Positions 19,107 to 26,773 of a stretch of DNA of 64,000 bases are shown piece by piece. The position numbers and the translations under genes are program-made. Under the pieces are notes generated by a model. It searched no databases, was not told the origin of the DNA, and saw only the letters and a program-made list of their open reading frames with translations. Position 1 is the stretch's first letter. Each line of letters begins with the position of its first letter. Origin of the DNA: Eubacteriales bacterium (GTDB lineage: Bacteria; Bacillota; Clostridia; Oscillospirales; CAG-382); assembly GCA_045592105.1 (NCBI GenBank), contig JAZNUB010000059.1, positions 5,691 through 69,690 on the forward strand. Direction: 5' to 3'.

Positions 19107-19664
19107 ATGAAAATATATACGATTGTTGCCGGTGTTAACGGATGTGGCAAAAGCAGCCTTACAGGTGTTTTAAGAACGGAAATTGACAATCTCGGCAAAA
19201 TTATTGATGTTGATAAGATTACCTTTGCTTGTGGTGGAAATGCGATTGAAGGCGGTAAACAAGCTGTTTTTCTGATAGATGATTGCTTGGAAAAAGAGAT
19301 TTGCTTCACGCAAGAAACAACGCTCTCAGGTAAAAAGACCTTAAATACGATCAAGCGTGCTATTGATAAAGATTATTATATCCGCTTATATTATGTTGGT
19401 CTGGATTCGATGGAAGAAAGCTTGCTTCGCATTGAAAATCGTGTCAAAAAGGGTGGGCATAATATTGATACAAACGCGGTGTCAAAGCGTTTTGCAAAAC
19501 GCTTTGACGATTTGCTGGTAGTGTTGCCGTATTGTAACGAGGGCACCTTTTACGACAACGACAACGGTTTTGTTACGGTTGCCAAATACAAAAACGGCGA
19601 GCTGCAACCGATGGGGCATTATCAACCAAAATGGCTACTGGAACTTATAGAAAAGATGAAGTAG
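19107..19664 (+). CDS. zeta-toxin-like / COG4185-type P-loop kinase, no cognate antitoxin seen
   Basis: 185 aa with Walker A GVNGCGKSS at residues 9-17, and zeta/AAA_33-like length and layout. It starts 22 nt after the lysS stop. GC is lower than in the flanking core genes. Confidence 0.6.
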   Translation: MKIYTIVAGVNGCGKSSLTGVLRTEIDNLGKIIDVDKITFACGGNAIEGGKQAVFLIDDCLEKEICFTQETTLSGKKTLNTIKRAIDKDYYIRLYYVGLDSMEESLLRIENRVKKGGHNIDTNAVSKRFAKRFDDLLVVLPYCNEGTFYDNDNGFVTVAKYKNGELQPMGHYQPKWLLELIEKMK

Positions 19665-19707
19665 CTTAAGCCAAATTTAAACTAATACAGTAAATGAAAA
19701 TTTAAGA

Positions 19708-19745
19708 AACGGATTCCCTGCGGCGAACGTCACAGGGAATCGTTT
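19708..19745 (+). terminator. terminator hairpin after the P-loop kinase gene
   Basis: AACGGATTCCCTG-12 nt-CAGGGAATCGTT, followed by TAATAAT. Confidence 0.5.
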
Positions 19746-19778
19746 AATAATGGCGGTTGTATGATATAATAAAATTTT

Positions 19779-19811
19779 AAGGACTATGACACACAAAACG
19801 TCATAGTCCTT
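19779..19811 (-). terminator. perfect 12-bp hairpin downstream of the 19827-20249 gene
   Basis: AAGGACTATGAC-acacaaaac-GTCATAGTCCTT, 16 nt after the stop codon of the minus-strand gene. Confidence 0.5.
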
Positions 19812-19826
19812 ATTTATGCAAGCTTC

Positions 19827-20249
19827 TTAACAAAAAGCAAATCCAATAATCGGCCCTAAAAATATAGCAATGTATATAAGTGTAATCCACGGTTGATAAT
19901 CAACGTAAAAGCCTTTGAAGGACAGGCTCCACGGGTGCTTGACAATAACCCAACCAAAAACGTCAAATACAATGCAAATCCCTGCCCAAATCAGCCCCGT
20001 GATAACGGCTTCCTTTATCGTTGGTGCAACCAAGCCACTCATGTATATATACCCAAACAGCGAAAACAGCAAGATGTTATACAAAGGGTGCCACGGTTTT
20101 GTTTTTTCGTACCCCTCTCCCATACTTTCGCTATCCATAGGCTTCATGTGCAAAACGTAAATATTAAAAACGGTATGCAATATTCCTACAACGGTTACTA
20201 AAGCATAGCATATCCAAAACCATAGCATGGAAGCTCCAAAATTTTGCAT
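19827..20249 (-). CDS. hypothetical small integral membrane protein (4 TM)
   Basis: 140 aa with four hydrophobic segments. RBS GGAGGG upstream. No family recognised. Confidence 0.65.
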   Translation of the reverse strand: MQNFGASMLWFWICYALVTVVGILHTVFNIYVLHMKPMDSESMGEGYEKTKPWHPLYNILLFSLFGYIYMSGLVAPTIKEAVITGLIWAGICIVFDVFGWVIVKHPWSLSFKGFYVDYQPWITLIYIAIFLGPIIGFAFC

Positions 20250-20344
20250 CGTAGTTCCCTCCGTTTATACAGTATACATTTAAAAATAGTATATCATAAG
20301 CAAAACTGTTTGTAAAGGCTTTAAAAATTAAAGATTTTATAAGC
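20222..20344. repeat. direct repeat copy 1 (promoter + RBS + first 9 codons of the membrane-protein gene)
   Basis: 123 bp, about 97% identical to 20691-20814 (2 substitutions, 1 indel). On the minus strand it contains TTTACA-17-TATACT (complement of 20288-20316), GGAGGG and ATGCAAAATTTTGGAGCTTCCATGCTAT. Confidence 0.9.
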
Positions 20345-20386
20345 ATTTTTGAAAATAATATGTGTATATACTTTTTGTTCGTTCAA

Positions 20387-20662
20387 TTACCTCATCCTTT
20401 TAATTGCTAAAAGTTCTTCTATGGAGTAAGTTTTATCACATTTGTCACACCGAAAAGCAGTTCTTATGAATTTTATATTCCCCATCATATAACCATCCCC
20501 ACCAGCTTGAGAAAAATCGTAATCCTTTGCTTCTTCGGATTTTGAATTAACCACAGTTTCCGTTTTGGTCTTTTCTAATATTTCGTTGCAATGGGGGCAA
20601 TAATGCTTTTTCATACAGAAAATCGGGTGAGACAATTCGCGCTTTACACCGTGTATTTTCAT
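20387..20662 (-). CDS. hypothetical zinc-ribbon protein (CPHC...CDKC)
   Basis: 91 aa with two CxxC pairs (CPHCNE, CDKCDK). RBS GTGAGG lies 9 nt upstream. Low GC. It lies between the two 123-bp repeat copies. Confidence 0.6.
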   Translation of the reverse strand: MKIHGVKRELSHPIFCMKKHYCPHCNEILEKTKTETVVNSKSEEAKDYDFSQAGGDGYMMGNIKFIRTAFRCDKCDKTYSIEELLAIKRMR

Positions 20663-20690
20663 AAAGATGGTACCTCACTTTTTTCTAATT

Positions 20691-20814
20691 ATAGCATGGA
20701 AGCTCCAAAATTTTGCATCGTGGTTCCCTCCGTTTATACAGTATACATTTGAAAATAGTATATCATAAGCAAAACTGTTTGTAAAGGCTTTAAAAATTAA
20801 AGATTATTATAAGC
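20691..20814. repeat. direct repeat copy 2; carries a truncated 9-codon ORF (MQNFGASML-stop, 20718..20689, minus) ahead of the zinc-ribbon gene
   Basis: See copy 1. In this copy the duplicated start codon runs into TAA after 9 codons. The zinc-ribbon RBS follows 12 nt later. Confidence 0.9.
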
Positions 20815-20937
20815 TTTGATGCTAAAATATATTGTTATACAAGCAACATTAAAACGAACACTTGATTTTTAAACGGTTTTGGGGTAAACTGTTTTAGTAA
20901 GCTTTTTTACACCTAATAACCGAAAGGCTATAAACCT

Positions 20938-22515
20938 ATGGAAAACAACTTATCTGCAAAGTGTAACGAGCCTGTTAATCTGCTTGTTACGATTGATAAC
21001 AATTACATAGAGCCGTTGACCGTTATGATGAACGCTTACAGCGAGGCGCATATCGGCGTTGACACACATCTGTTTATAGCACATTCGTCATTGACCGAGT
21101 GCGATTTCAAGCGCATCAGAAACGGCATAAAAAGCGCGGAAATAACTATACACAACGTTCATATAACCGCCCAATGGTTTAAGGGCACACCCGTTATAGA
21201 CCGTTTGCCGGAGGAATCGTTTTACAGGCTGATGGCGTTTGAGTTTTTGCCTGATACGGTACACCGTTGCCTGTACCTTGACCCCGATATAATAATACGC
21301 AAATCGCTTTTGCCGTTTTACGGTATGGAGCTTGGCAGCTTTTATCTTGCGGCGTCCAGCCATACCTACAAGGCGAAAAACAAGTTTAATCTTTTACGGC
21401 TTAACCTAACGGATAACGAAAGGTACATTAATTCGGGCGTTATGCTGATGAATTTGGATGCCATCCGCAAGGATTTTACCGTGGAATTGATACTTGAAAG
21501 GCTTAATGAAAGCATACAGCTTTTGTGGCTTGGCGACCAAGATTTGATAAACATTCTGTTTGGCAGCAACGCCTTGCTTGTAGACGAAAAGCTGTGGAAC
21601 CTGGACGAAAGAACCTTTAATCACAACAAAAAAAGCTTTACAATGGCAGACGTTGAAGAAAACACCGCGATAATTCATTACAACGGCAAGCATAAGCCGT
21701 GGCTAAACGGGTACAAGGGCAAGCTGGATTGCTTTTATCCGCAGGTGGAAAGCAAGGGGCCGCCCCCTAAAGGGCGATGGAAGGCACAGCTTAAAGCGAT
21801 ACGCCGCATTACAAGCCTTAACAAAACGCAAAAGATATATTGTGCGGGGCTGTTGCTTGTGGCTGTAACCTGCATAATTTGCTGGCTTGTGTTCGGCAAA
21901 CGGCTTTTAACTATAATAGAACAGCCTGATACGTTCCGCGCGTGGCTTGATAAGTTCGGCGCGTTTGACGAGATTGTGTTTATACTGATACGCGCCGCGC
22001 AAACGGTGGTTAAATTCATCCCCGCAGAGCCGCTGGAGATAGGCTCGGGCTACGCTTGGGGTGCTATACCGGGTATGCTGTACTGCGTTATCGGCAATAT
22101 GCTTGGCACGCTTGTTATATGGGCGCTTACCAAACGGCTTGGCAAGCGGTTTGTGGATAGCTTTATCCCCACAAGCAACTTTAAAACGCTATCGCTTTTC
22201 AAAAGCTCTGAAAAGGTATATGCCTTGCTGTTCTTTCTTTACCTTATCCCCGGCTCGCCAAAGGACGGGTTTACCTACCTTGTGGGCTTGCTGGACGTAA
22301 AGCTTGTACCGTTTCTTGTGATAACCTTTATAGCGCGGATGCCGTCGGTGCTGTCGTCAACCTTGTGCGGCTCCACCTTGGCGGAAAAGCAGTACCTGAT
22401 ATCCGCCGTTATATTTGCGGCAACCGTTGTGCTTGCCGTGCTTGGCGGTGCGCTGTATAAGGCGTACACAAAGAAAAAACTGCGCGAAGCTAACGAAACA
22501 AAGCTTTCCGCATAA
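20938..22515 (+). CDS. fusion protein: family-8 glycosyltransferase (N-terminal) + TVP38/TMEM64 (DedA-superfamily) membrane domain (C-terminal)
   Basis: Residues 1 to about 270 carry GT8 motifs (LYLDPDIII DxD, NSGVMLMNL, HYNGKHKPW). Residues from about 295 to 525 have 5-6 TM segments with the TVP38 core (..KFIPAEPLEIGSGYAWG...LIPGSPKDGFTYLVG..). Confidence 0.8.
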   Translation: MENNLSAKCNEPVNLLVTIDNNYIEPLTVMMNAYSEAHIGVDTHLFIAHSSLTECDFKRIRNGIKSAEITIHNVHITAQWFKGTPVIDRLPEESFYRLMAFEFLPDTVHRCLYLDPDIIIRKSLLPFYGMELGSFYLAASSHTYKAKNKFNLLRLNLTDNERYINSGVMLMNLDAIRKDFTVELILERLNESIQLLWLGDQDLINILFGSNALLVDEKLWNLDERTFNHNKKSFTMADVEENTAIIHYNGKHKPWLNGYKGKLDCFYPQVESKGPPPKGRWKAQLKAIRRITSLNKTQKIYCAGLLLVAVTCIICWLVFGKRLLTIIEQPDTFRAWLDKFGAFDEIVFILIRAAQTVVKFIPAEPLEIGSGYAWGAIPGMLYCVIGNMLGTLVIWALTKRLGKRFVDSFIPTSNFKTLSLFKSSEKVYALLFFLYLIPGSPKDGFTYLVGLLDVKLVPFLVITFIARMPSVLSSTLCGSTLAEKQYLISAVIFAATVVLAVLGGALYKAYTKKKLREANETKLSA

Positions 22516-22547
22516 CTTGTAATACACACAGAAAGAGGACGTTTTTG

Positions 22548-23117
22548 ATGCAAAAGAACCAAAAAGACTATCAAAAGCGAATATTAACGATACCAAATAT
22601 ACTGTCTATGTTGCGCATACTGATGATACCGCTTATAGTATGGCTTTATATGGTAAAGGAATCCGCGCTTTGGACGGCGGTTATGCTTACCGTATCTGGC
22701 GCAACGGACGTGGTGGACGGTTACATCGCGCGGCATTACAATATGGTTAGCGATTTCGGCAAGGCGTTTGACCCCGTTGCAGACAAGCTAACGCAGTTTA
22801 GTATGCTGGCGTGCCTTGTGGCAAAATCGCCGCTTATAGCCGTGCCATTGGTTATCCTTGTGGTAAAAGAAATAAGCACGGCGGTTTTAGGGCTTGTGGC
22901 TATCAAAAAAACGGGCGAGGTTAAAAGCGCCGTTTGGCACGGCAAGCTTACCACCTGCTTGATATACGCGTTGATTATTCTGCATATCCTATGGATAGAT
23001 ATCCCCAAGGCAGTTTCCGATAGCTGTATAATAGTTTGCTCTGCTATGATGCTAACGTCCTTTATTCTATACAGCACAAAATATATAAAGGCTATCCTTC
23101 AAAGCAAGGCAAAATAG
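22548..23117 (+). CDS. CDP-alcohol phosphatidyltransferase (PgsA-like)
   Basis: Motif DVVDGYIARHYNMVSDFGKAFDPVADK (D-x2-DG-x2-AR...G-x3-D-x3-D) and 4-5 TM segments. ATG at 22548 (TTG at 22545 is possible). Confidence 0.85.
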   Translation: MQKNQKDYQKRILTIPNILSMLRILMIPLIVWLYMVKESALWTAVMLTVSGATDVVDGYIARHYNMVSDFGKAFDPVADKLTQFSMLACLVAKSPLIAVPLVILVVKEISTAVLGLVAIKKTGEVKSAVWHGKLTTCLIYALIILHILWIDIPKAVSDSCIIVCSAMMLTSFILYSTKYIKAILQSKAK

Positions 23118-23150
23118 GGCGTTTTCCCTCTAAGAAAGGCTGTAATTTTT

Positions 23151-25160
23151 ATGAAAACAAAACTTAAAAGCATTAAAATAAAGCCGCTGTTTATATTTTG
23201 GGGCATTATCCTGTATTGGGAGCTTATACTTAAAGCATTTACGGGCAGCACGTTTTTTGACCTTGGGCTTATATTTATGCCTTTGTTCTCGTTGGTTGCG
23301 GCGTTGTTGATACAAGCGGTATGCGTTTTTTTGAAAAAGGAAAGGGTTATGCTTGGCGGCGGTATAATGCTGGCTTTACTGCTTGTTTTGTACGCCACTC
23401 AAACCATATACCACCGCTTTTTTAACAAGTTTTTGATTATATTTTCCATCACCTCGGGCGGCGTTGGGCAAGTGCTGGCAGGAAATATGGCAAGCAACAC
23501 CTTTGATGCAATAATCAAAGCCGCGCCGATAGTTTTACTGCTGTTGTTGCCTGCACCGCTGTATATCGCGTTTTTTAACCGCGTTGCAAACCACGAATAC
23601 AAGCTTGTTAAAAAGCATTTGTGGGGCGTTTTGGCGTTGGGGCTACATATAATAACCGTTTTGGTTGTCATGCTTGTGCCTGCGGTATCGGATATACAAT
23701 CAGGCTTGTATGACCCTAATTTTTCCGTTACCAGCTTTGGGCTGTTGCGTACAGAGGTTTTGGATATAAAATACAACCTTATAGGTGTGGAGCAAAGCTT
23801 TGTTTTGGAGGAAGAAAGCTCGGAGGACGACGTGGAGGCTATGGCACCGCCAAGCTTTGTTGCCAACAGCAATATTACCGATATAAATTTTGGCGAGCTT
23901 GCCAAAACGGAAACGGACGAAACTCTTAACACACTAAACAAATATTTTGCAGAAAAAAAGCCAAGCGCGAAGAACGAATACACGGGTATGTATAAGGGCT
24001 ACAACCTTGTAACCGTTGTAGCGGAAGGTTTTTCGCCCTACGCTATCGACAAGGAGCTTACTCCCACGCTATACAAGCTTCAAAACGAGGGCTTTAATTT
24101 CACAAACTTCTATACCCCTATATGGGGCGTTTCCACATCGGATGGTGAGTATACCGTTTGCACGGGGCTGCTGCCCAAAGCAGGCGTTTGGAGCTTTTAT
24201 AAATCCGCGGGCAACTATATGCCCTACTGTCTTGGCAATATGTTCGAAAGCGTTGGCGTGGAGGAAACCTACGCATACCACAACAACAGCTACACGTATT
24301 ACCGCAGGGATCAATCGCACGTTAATATGGGCTACACCTTTAAGGGGATAGGCAACGGCGTTGAGGAATACGTTGAAAACGTTTGGCCGCAATCCGATCT
24401 GGAGATGGTTGAAGGCTCTATACCCGAATATTTAAGTTCCGATAAACAGTTTCACGCTTATTATATGACGGTTAGCGGCCACCTTGATTACAGCACGGAA
24501 AAGAACGCAATGTCCGCTAAAAATTGGGAGCTTGTTAAGGATTTAGAGTGTAGTGACACCCTAAAGGCGTACTACGCCTGCAACATAGAGCTTGACAGGG
24601 CAATAGAAGCGCTTATCAAAAAGCTTGAGGAGGCGGGCGTTGCCGACAAGACCGTTATAGCCATAACGCCTGACCACTATCCCTACGGGCTTGAGCAGGA
24701 GGGCGCAACACCTTACGAGATATGGGAGGAGCTGCTTGGGCGCAAGGTTGATACAGAGTTTGAGCTTTACAAAAGCTGTTTTCTGCTGTACTGCGCAGGT
24801 ACCAAGAACGCACCTACCATTGACAAGCCCTGCTTTAGTGCCGATATTTTGCCAACGCTTCTTAACCTTTTCGGCTTTGAATACGATTCTCGCCTACTTA
24901 TGGGCAGCGATATCCTTTCAAGCTCGGATGGCTTGGTTATAATGTCCAACCATTCGTTTATAACGGATTTAGGCGCTTATAACGCAACAAGCAACACATT
25001 TACGCCATTTGAAGGTACCGTTTTTGAAAACGAAGAGGCAGAAGAAGAATATATAAACACCATAGAAGCCAAGGTGAACAATATTTTCAAGGTGTCTGCA
25101 AAGATACTCGAAACGGACTATTACAGGTATGTGTTTCAAAAAGATAGCTTTAAAAGCTAA
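23151..25160 (+). CDS. LtaS-type sulfatase-family phosphoglycerol/lipoteichoic acid synthase-like protein
   Basis: 669 aa with an N-terminal polytopic membrane domain and an extracellular alkaline-phosphatase/sulfatase fold. The nucleophile block is ..GVSTSDGEY.. (the LtaS GxTSDxE pattern). Confidence 0.8.
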   Translation: MKTKLKSIKIKPLFIFWGIILYWELILKAFTGSTFFDLGLIFMPLFSLVAALLIQAVCVFLKKERVMLGGGIMLALLLVLYATQTIYHRFFNKFLIIFSITSGGVGQVLAGNMASNTFDAIIKAAPIVLLLLLPAPLYIAFFNRVANHEYKLVKKHLWGVLALGLHIITVLVVMLVPAVSDIQSGLYDPNFSVTSFGLLRTEVLDIKYNLIGVEQSFVLEEESSEDDVEAMAPPSFVANSNITDINFGELAKTETDETLNTLNKYFAEKKPSAKNEYTGMYKGYNLVTVVAEGFSPYAIDKELTPTLYKLQNEGFNFTNFYTPIWGVSTSDGEYTVCTGLLPKAGVWSFYKSAGNYMPYCLGNMFESVGVEETYAYHNNSYTYYRRDQSHVNMGYTFKGIGNGVEEYVENVWPQSDLEMVEGSIPEYLSSDKQFHAYYMTVSGHLDYSTEKNAMSAKNWELVKDLECSDTLKAYYACNIELDRAIEALIKKLEEAGVADKTVIAITPDHYPYGLEQEGATPYEIWEELLGRKVDTEFELYKSCFLLYCAGTKNAPTIDKPCFSADILPTLLNLFGFEYDSRLLMGSDILSSSDGLVIMSNHSFITDLGAYNATSNTFTPFEGTVFENEEAEEEYINTIEAKVNNIFKVSAKILETDYYRYVFQKDSFKS

Positions 25161-25171
25161 AATTAGCGCAA

Positions 25172-25213
25172 CAAGTGGCAGTGTTAAATCCAACAATTTG
25201 ACACTGCCACTTG
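25172..25213 (+). terminator. 13-bp hairpin after the LtaS-like gene
   Basis: CAAGTGGCAGTGT-16 nt-ACACTGCCACTTG. There is no clear T-run. Confidence 0.45.
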
Positions 25214-25280
25214 GCATATAAATTGTGGTGCAACACGCCGCGAAAGCGTTATTTTTAAGATAAAGCGTAACGCCTTTTTT

Positions 25281-25374
25281 GTAGGGGTCATTCACGAATA
25301 ACCCGTTACGCGGCATCTAAAGCTAATGCTAAATTTAAACGCAACGCTTCGGTCGATTCGTGAATCGACCCTAC
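25281..25374. repeat. inverted pair of a REP-like palindromic unit (GTAGGGTCGATTCACGAATCGACC)
   Basis: GTAGGGGTCATTCACGAATAACCC at 25281-25304 versus the complement of GGTCGATTCGTGAATCGACCCTAC at 25351-25374. Each unit is itself a hairpin. Confidence 0.6.
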
Positions 25375-25456
25375 ACACCGCAATGGGGTTTTGTTTTAAC
25401 AATGAAGCGCAACGCTTTAACGTAGGCATTTTGATCACCCATCCATTATAACACAA

Positions 25457-25498
25457 ATAGGTGCTGTATCAAATCATTTGATTTAATACAGCACCTAT
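25457..25498 (-). terminator. long hairpin downstream of the 9-gene minus-strand operon
   Basis: ATAGGTGCTGTATCAAATC-att-TGATTTAATACAGCACCTAT. It is closely related to the hairpin at 43383-43418. Confidence 0.55.
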
Positions 25499-25563
25499 CA
25501 TTAACCTCCGCAAAACTCCTTATGCGGCGTTTGCTTTGTAGCGTTTTAGCCGCTAAAGCATAC

Positions 25564-26529
25564 CTACCGTATGCCAAGTTCAGGCATTACATCATAGTTT
25601 TTCCACGTGCCCGCCTGCTTTTTCTCGGCATACTCGCGAAGCACCTGTATCCATATCTTATATGGGTCTTGCTTTATATGGTAAGACCTGTCCGAAGCCC
25701 ATTCCCTAACAAAATAGCCTTTGCCATTGGTCATAGGAGTTGAAACGTCTATAAAATCAACGCCTATTTTATTGCAATACTCCAAAACGTAGTTATTGTA
25801 AGTTCTTATGTTTTCGTTATAAACGCGGTTTAGGTCTATCTCCTCACCCCTACCGGTATTATAAGTACCCGAAAGGACTATAATGTGCAGGTTGGGATTT
25901 TTTTGTTTTATTATGCTCAAGCCGCGCATTGCGTATTTTGCGCCTTCAAGCGCACAGGTATCAGGTGTGCCCGTCTTCATATCACTATACGGCATAAGCC
26001 CTATAACCAAGGTTTTTACGCCCATCGCGGCAGGCAAATCCTCAAACTTATATGCAACGCCCTCATGCTTTGGCAAGGGTGTATCGGGCCAGGAAGGGTC
26101 CTGCGTTTCATTTGCGCGGAAGCTCATACCTACGCCTGCGCGGAACTGCGCCGTACCCATAAGCCTGCTTTCTACCGTATCGCGCCAGTTGCCAACGTAT
26201 CTGCCGAAATGCATAATAATGGAATAGCCTATAAATACCGAATCGTTAAAGAAATCATCTATCGGCGTGTAATACAAGTTTTCGGGTATCTCCATAATCG
26301 GGTCATTAGGGTTCTTTGGAACGTAGCTTGATTCTTCACTGCTGTCCTTATTACTGCTGTCCTCAGCGCTACTGTTTTCTACGCTACTATCAGAAGCAAC
26401 GCTGTTTTCCTTGCTTTCTTCCTTGGAGATATCCGCGCTGTCTTCGCCGCTATCACCTACACAGCAGGTAAAGCAACCAATAGACAACGCAAGTGCCAAA
26501 AACAAACACAAAACAGTTTTTTTCATCAC
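25564..26529 (-). CDS. lipoprotein with Ser/Asp/Glu-rich linker; possible SGNH/GDSL-like hydrolase fold (tentative)
   Basis: Signal peptide and lipobox-like ..LALSIGC.., then a low-complexity linker. The globular domain carries FIGYSI..(block I-like) and ..DRSYH.. near the C-terminus. The family call is weak. Confidence 0.5.
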   Translation of the reverse strand: MMKKTVLCLFLALALSIGCFTCCVGDSGEDSADISKEESKENSVASDSSVENSSAEDSSNKDSSEESSYVPKNPNDPIMEIPENLYYTPIDDFFNDSVFIGYSIIMHFGRYVGNWRDTVESRLMGTAQFRAGVGMSFRANETQDPSWPDTPLPKHEGVAYKFEDLPAAMGVKTLVIGLMPYSDMKTGTPDTCALEGAKYAMRGLSIIKQKNPNLHIIVLSGTYNTGRGEEIDLNRVYNENIRTYNNYVLEYCNKIGVDFIDVSTPMTNGKGYFVREWASDRSYHIKQDPYKIWIQVLREYAEKKQAGTWKNYDVMPELGIR

Positions 26530-26541
26530 TACGCCTCCTGC

Positions 26542-26760
26542 TTAATACGTAAACAGCTCGCCACTATCGGGAATCTTTACGGCACGCGGCTCTAATTTAA
26601 GCAAATCAAACTTAAACTTTTTGCAGATCCCATCAGAGCGCACAACGCCCTTAAGCTTACACACGCACACGCCGCTATCACCTATACCGCCTGCGTTTTC
26701 GCAATAAGCGCACATTTTATTTTCGTCAGGGCAAATTATTTTTCTTTTTTTAAAGAACAT
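26542..26760 (-). CDS. hypothetical small Cys-rich protein (72 aa)
   Basis: Starts at ATG 26760; the upstream part of ORF 26542-26877 overlaps the preceding gene. Six Cys residues, including CAYC and CVC. It is 13 nt from the neighbouring gene on each side. Confidence 0.5.
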   Translation of the reverse strand: MFFKKRKIICPDENKMCAYCENAGGIGDSGVCVCKLKGVVRSDGICKKFKFDLLKLEPRAVKIPDSGELFTY

Positions 26761-26773
26761 ATTATCTGGCTCC

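Noticed and set aside
19085-19826. Hidden epsilon/PezA-type antitoxin gene beside the zeta-like kinase
   Set aside because: The gap upstream is 22 nt, and the 160-nt downstream gap contains only two terminator hairpins. There is no ORF with an RBS on either strand.
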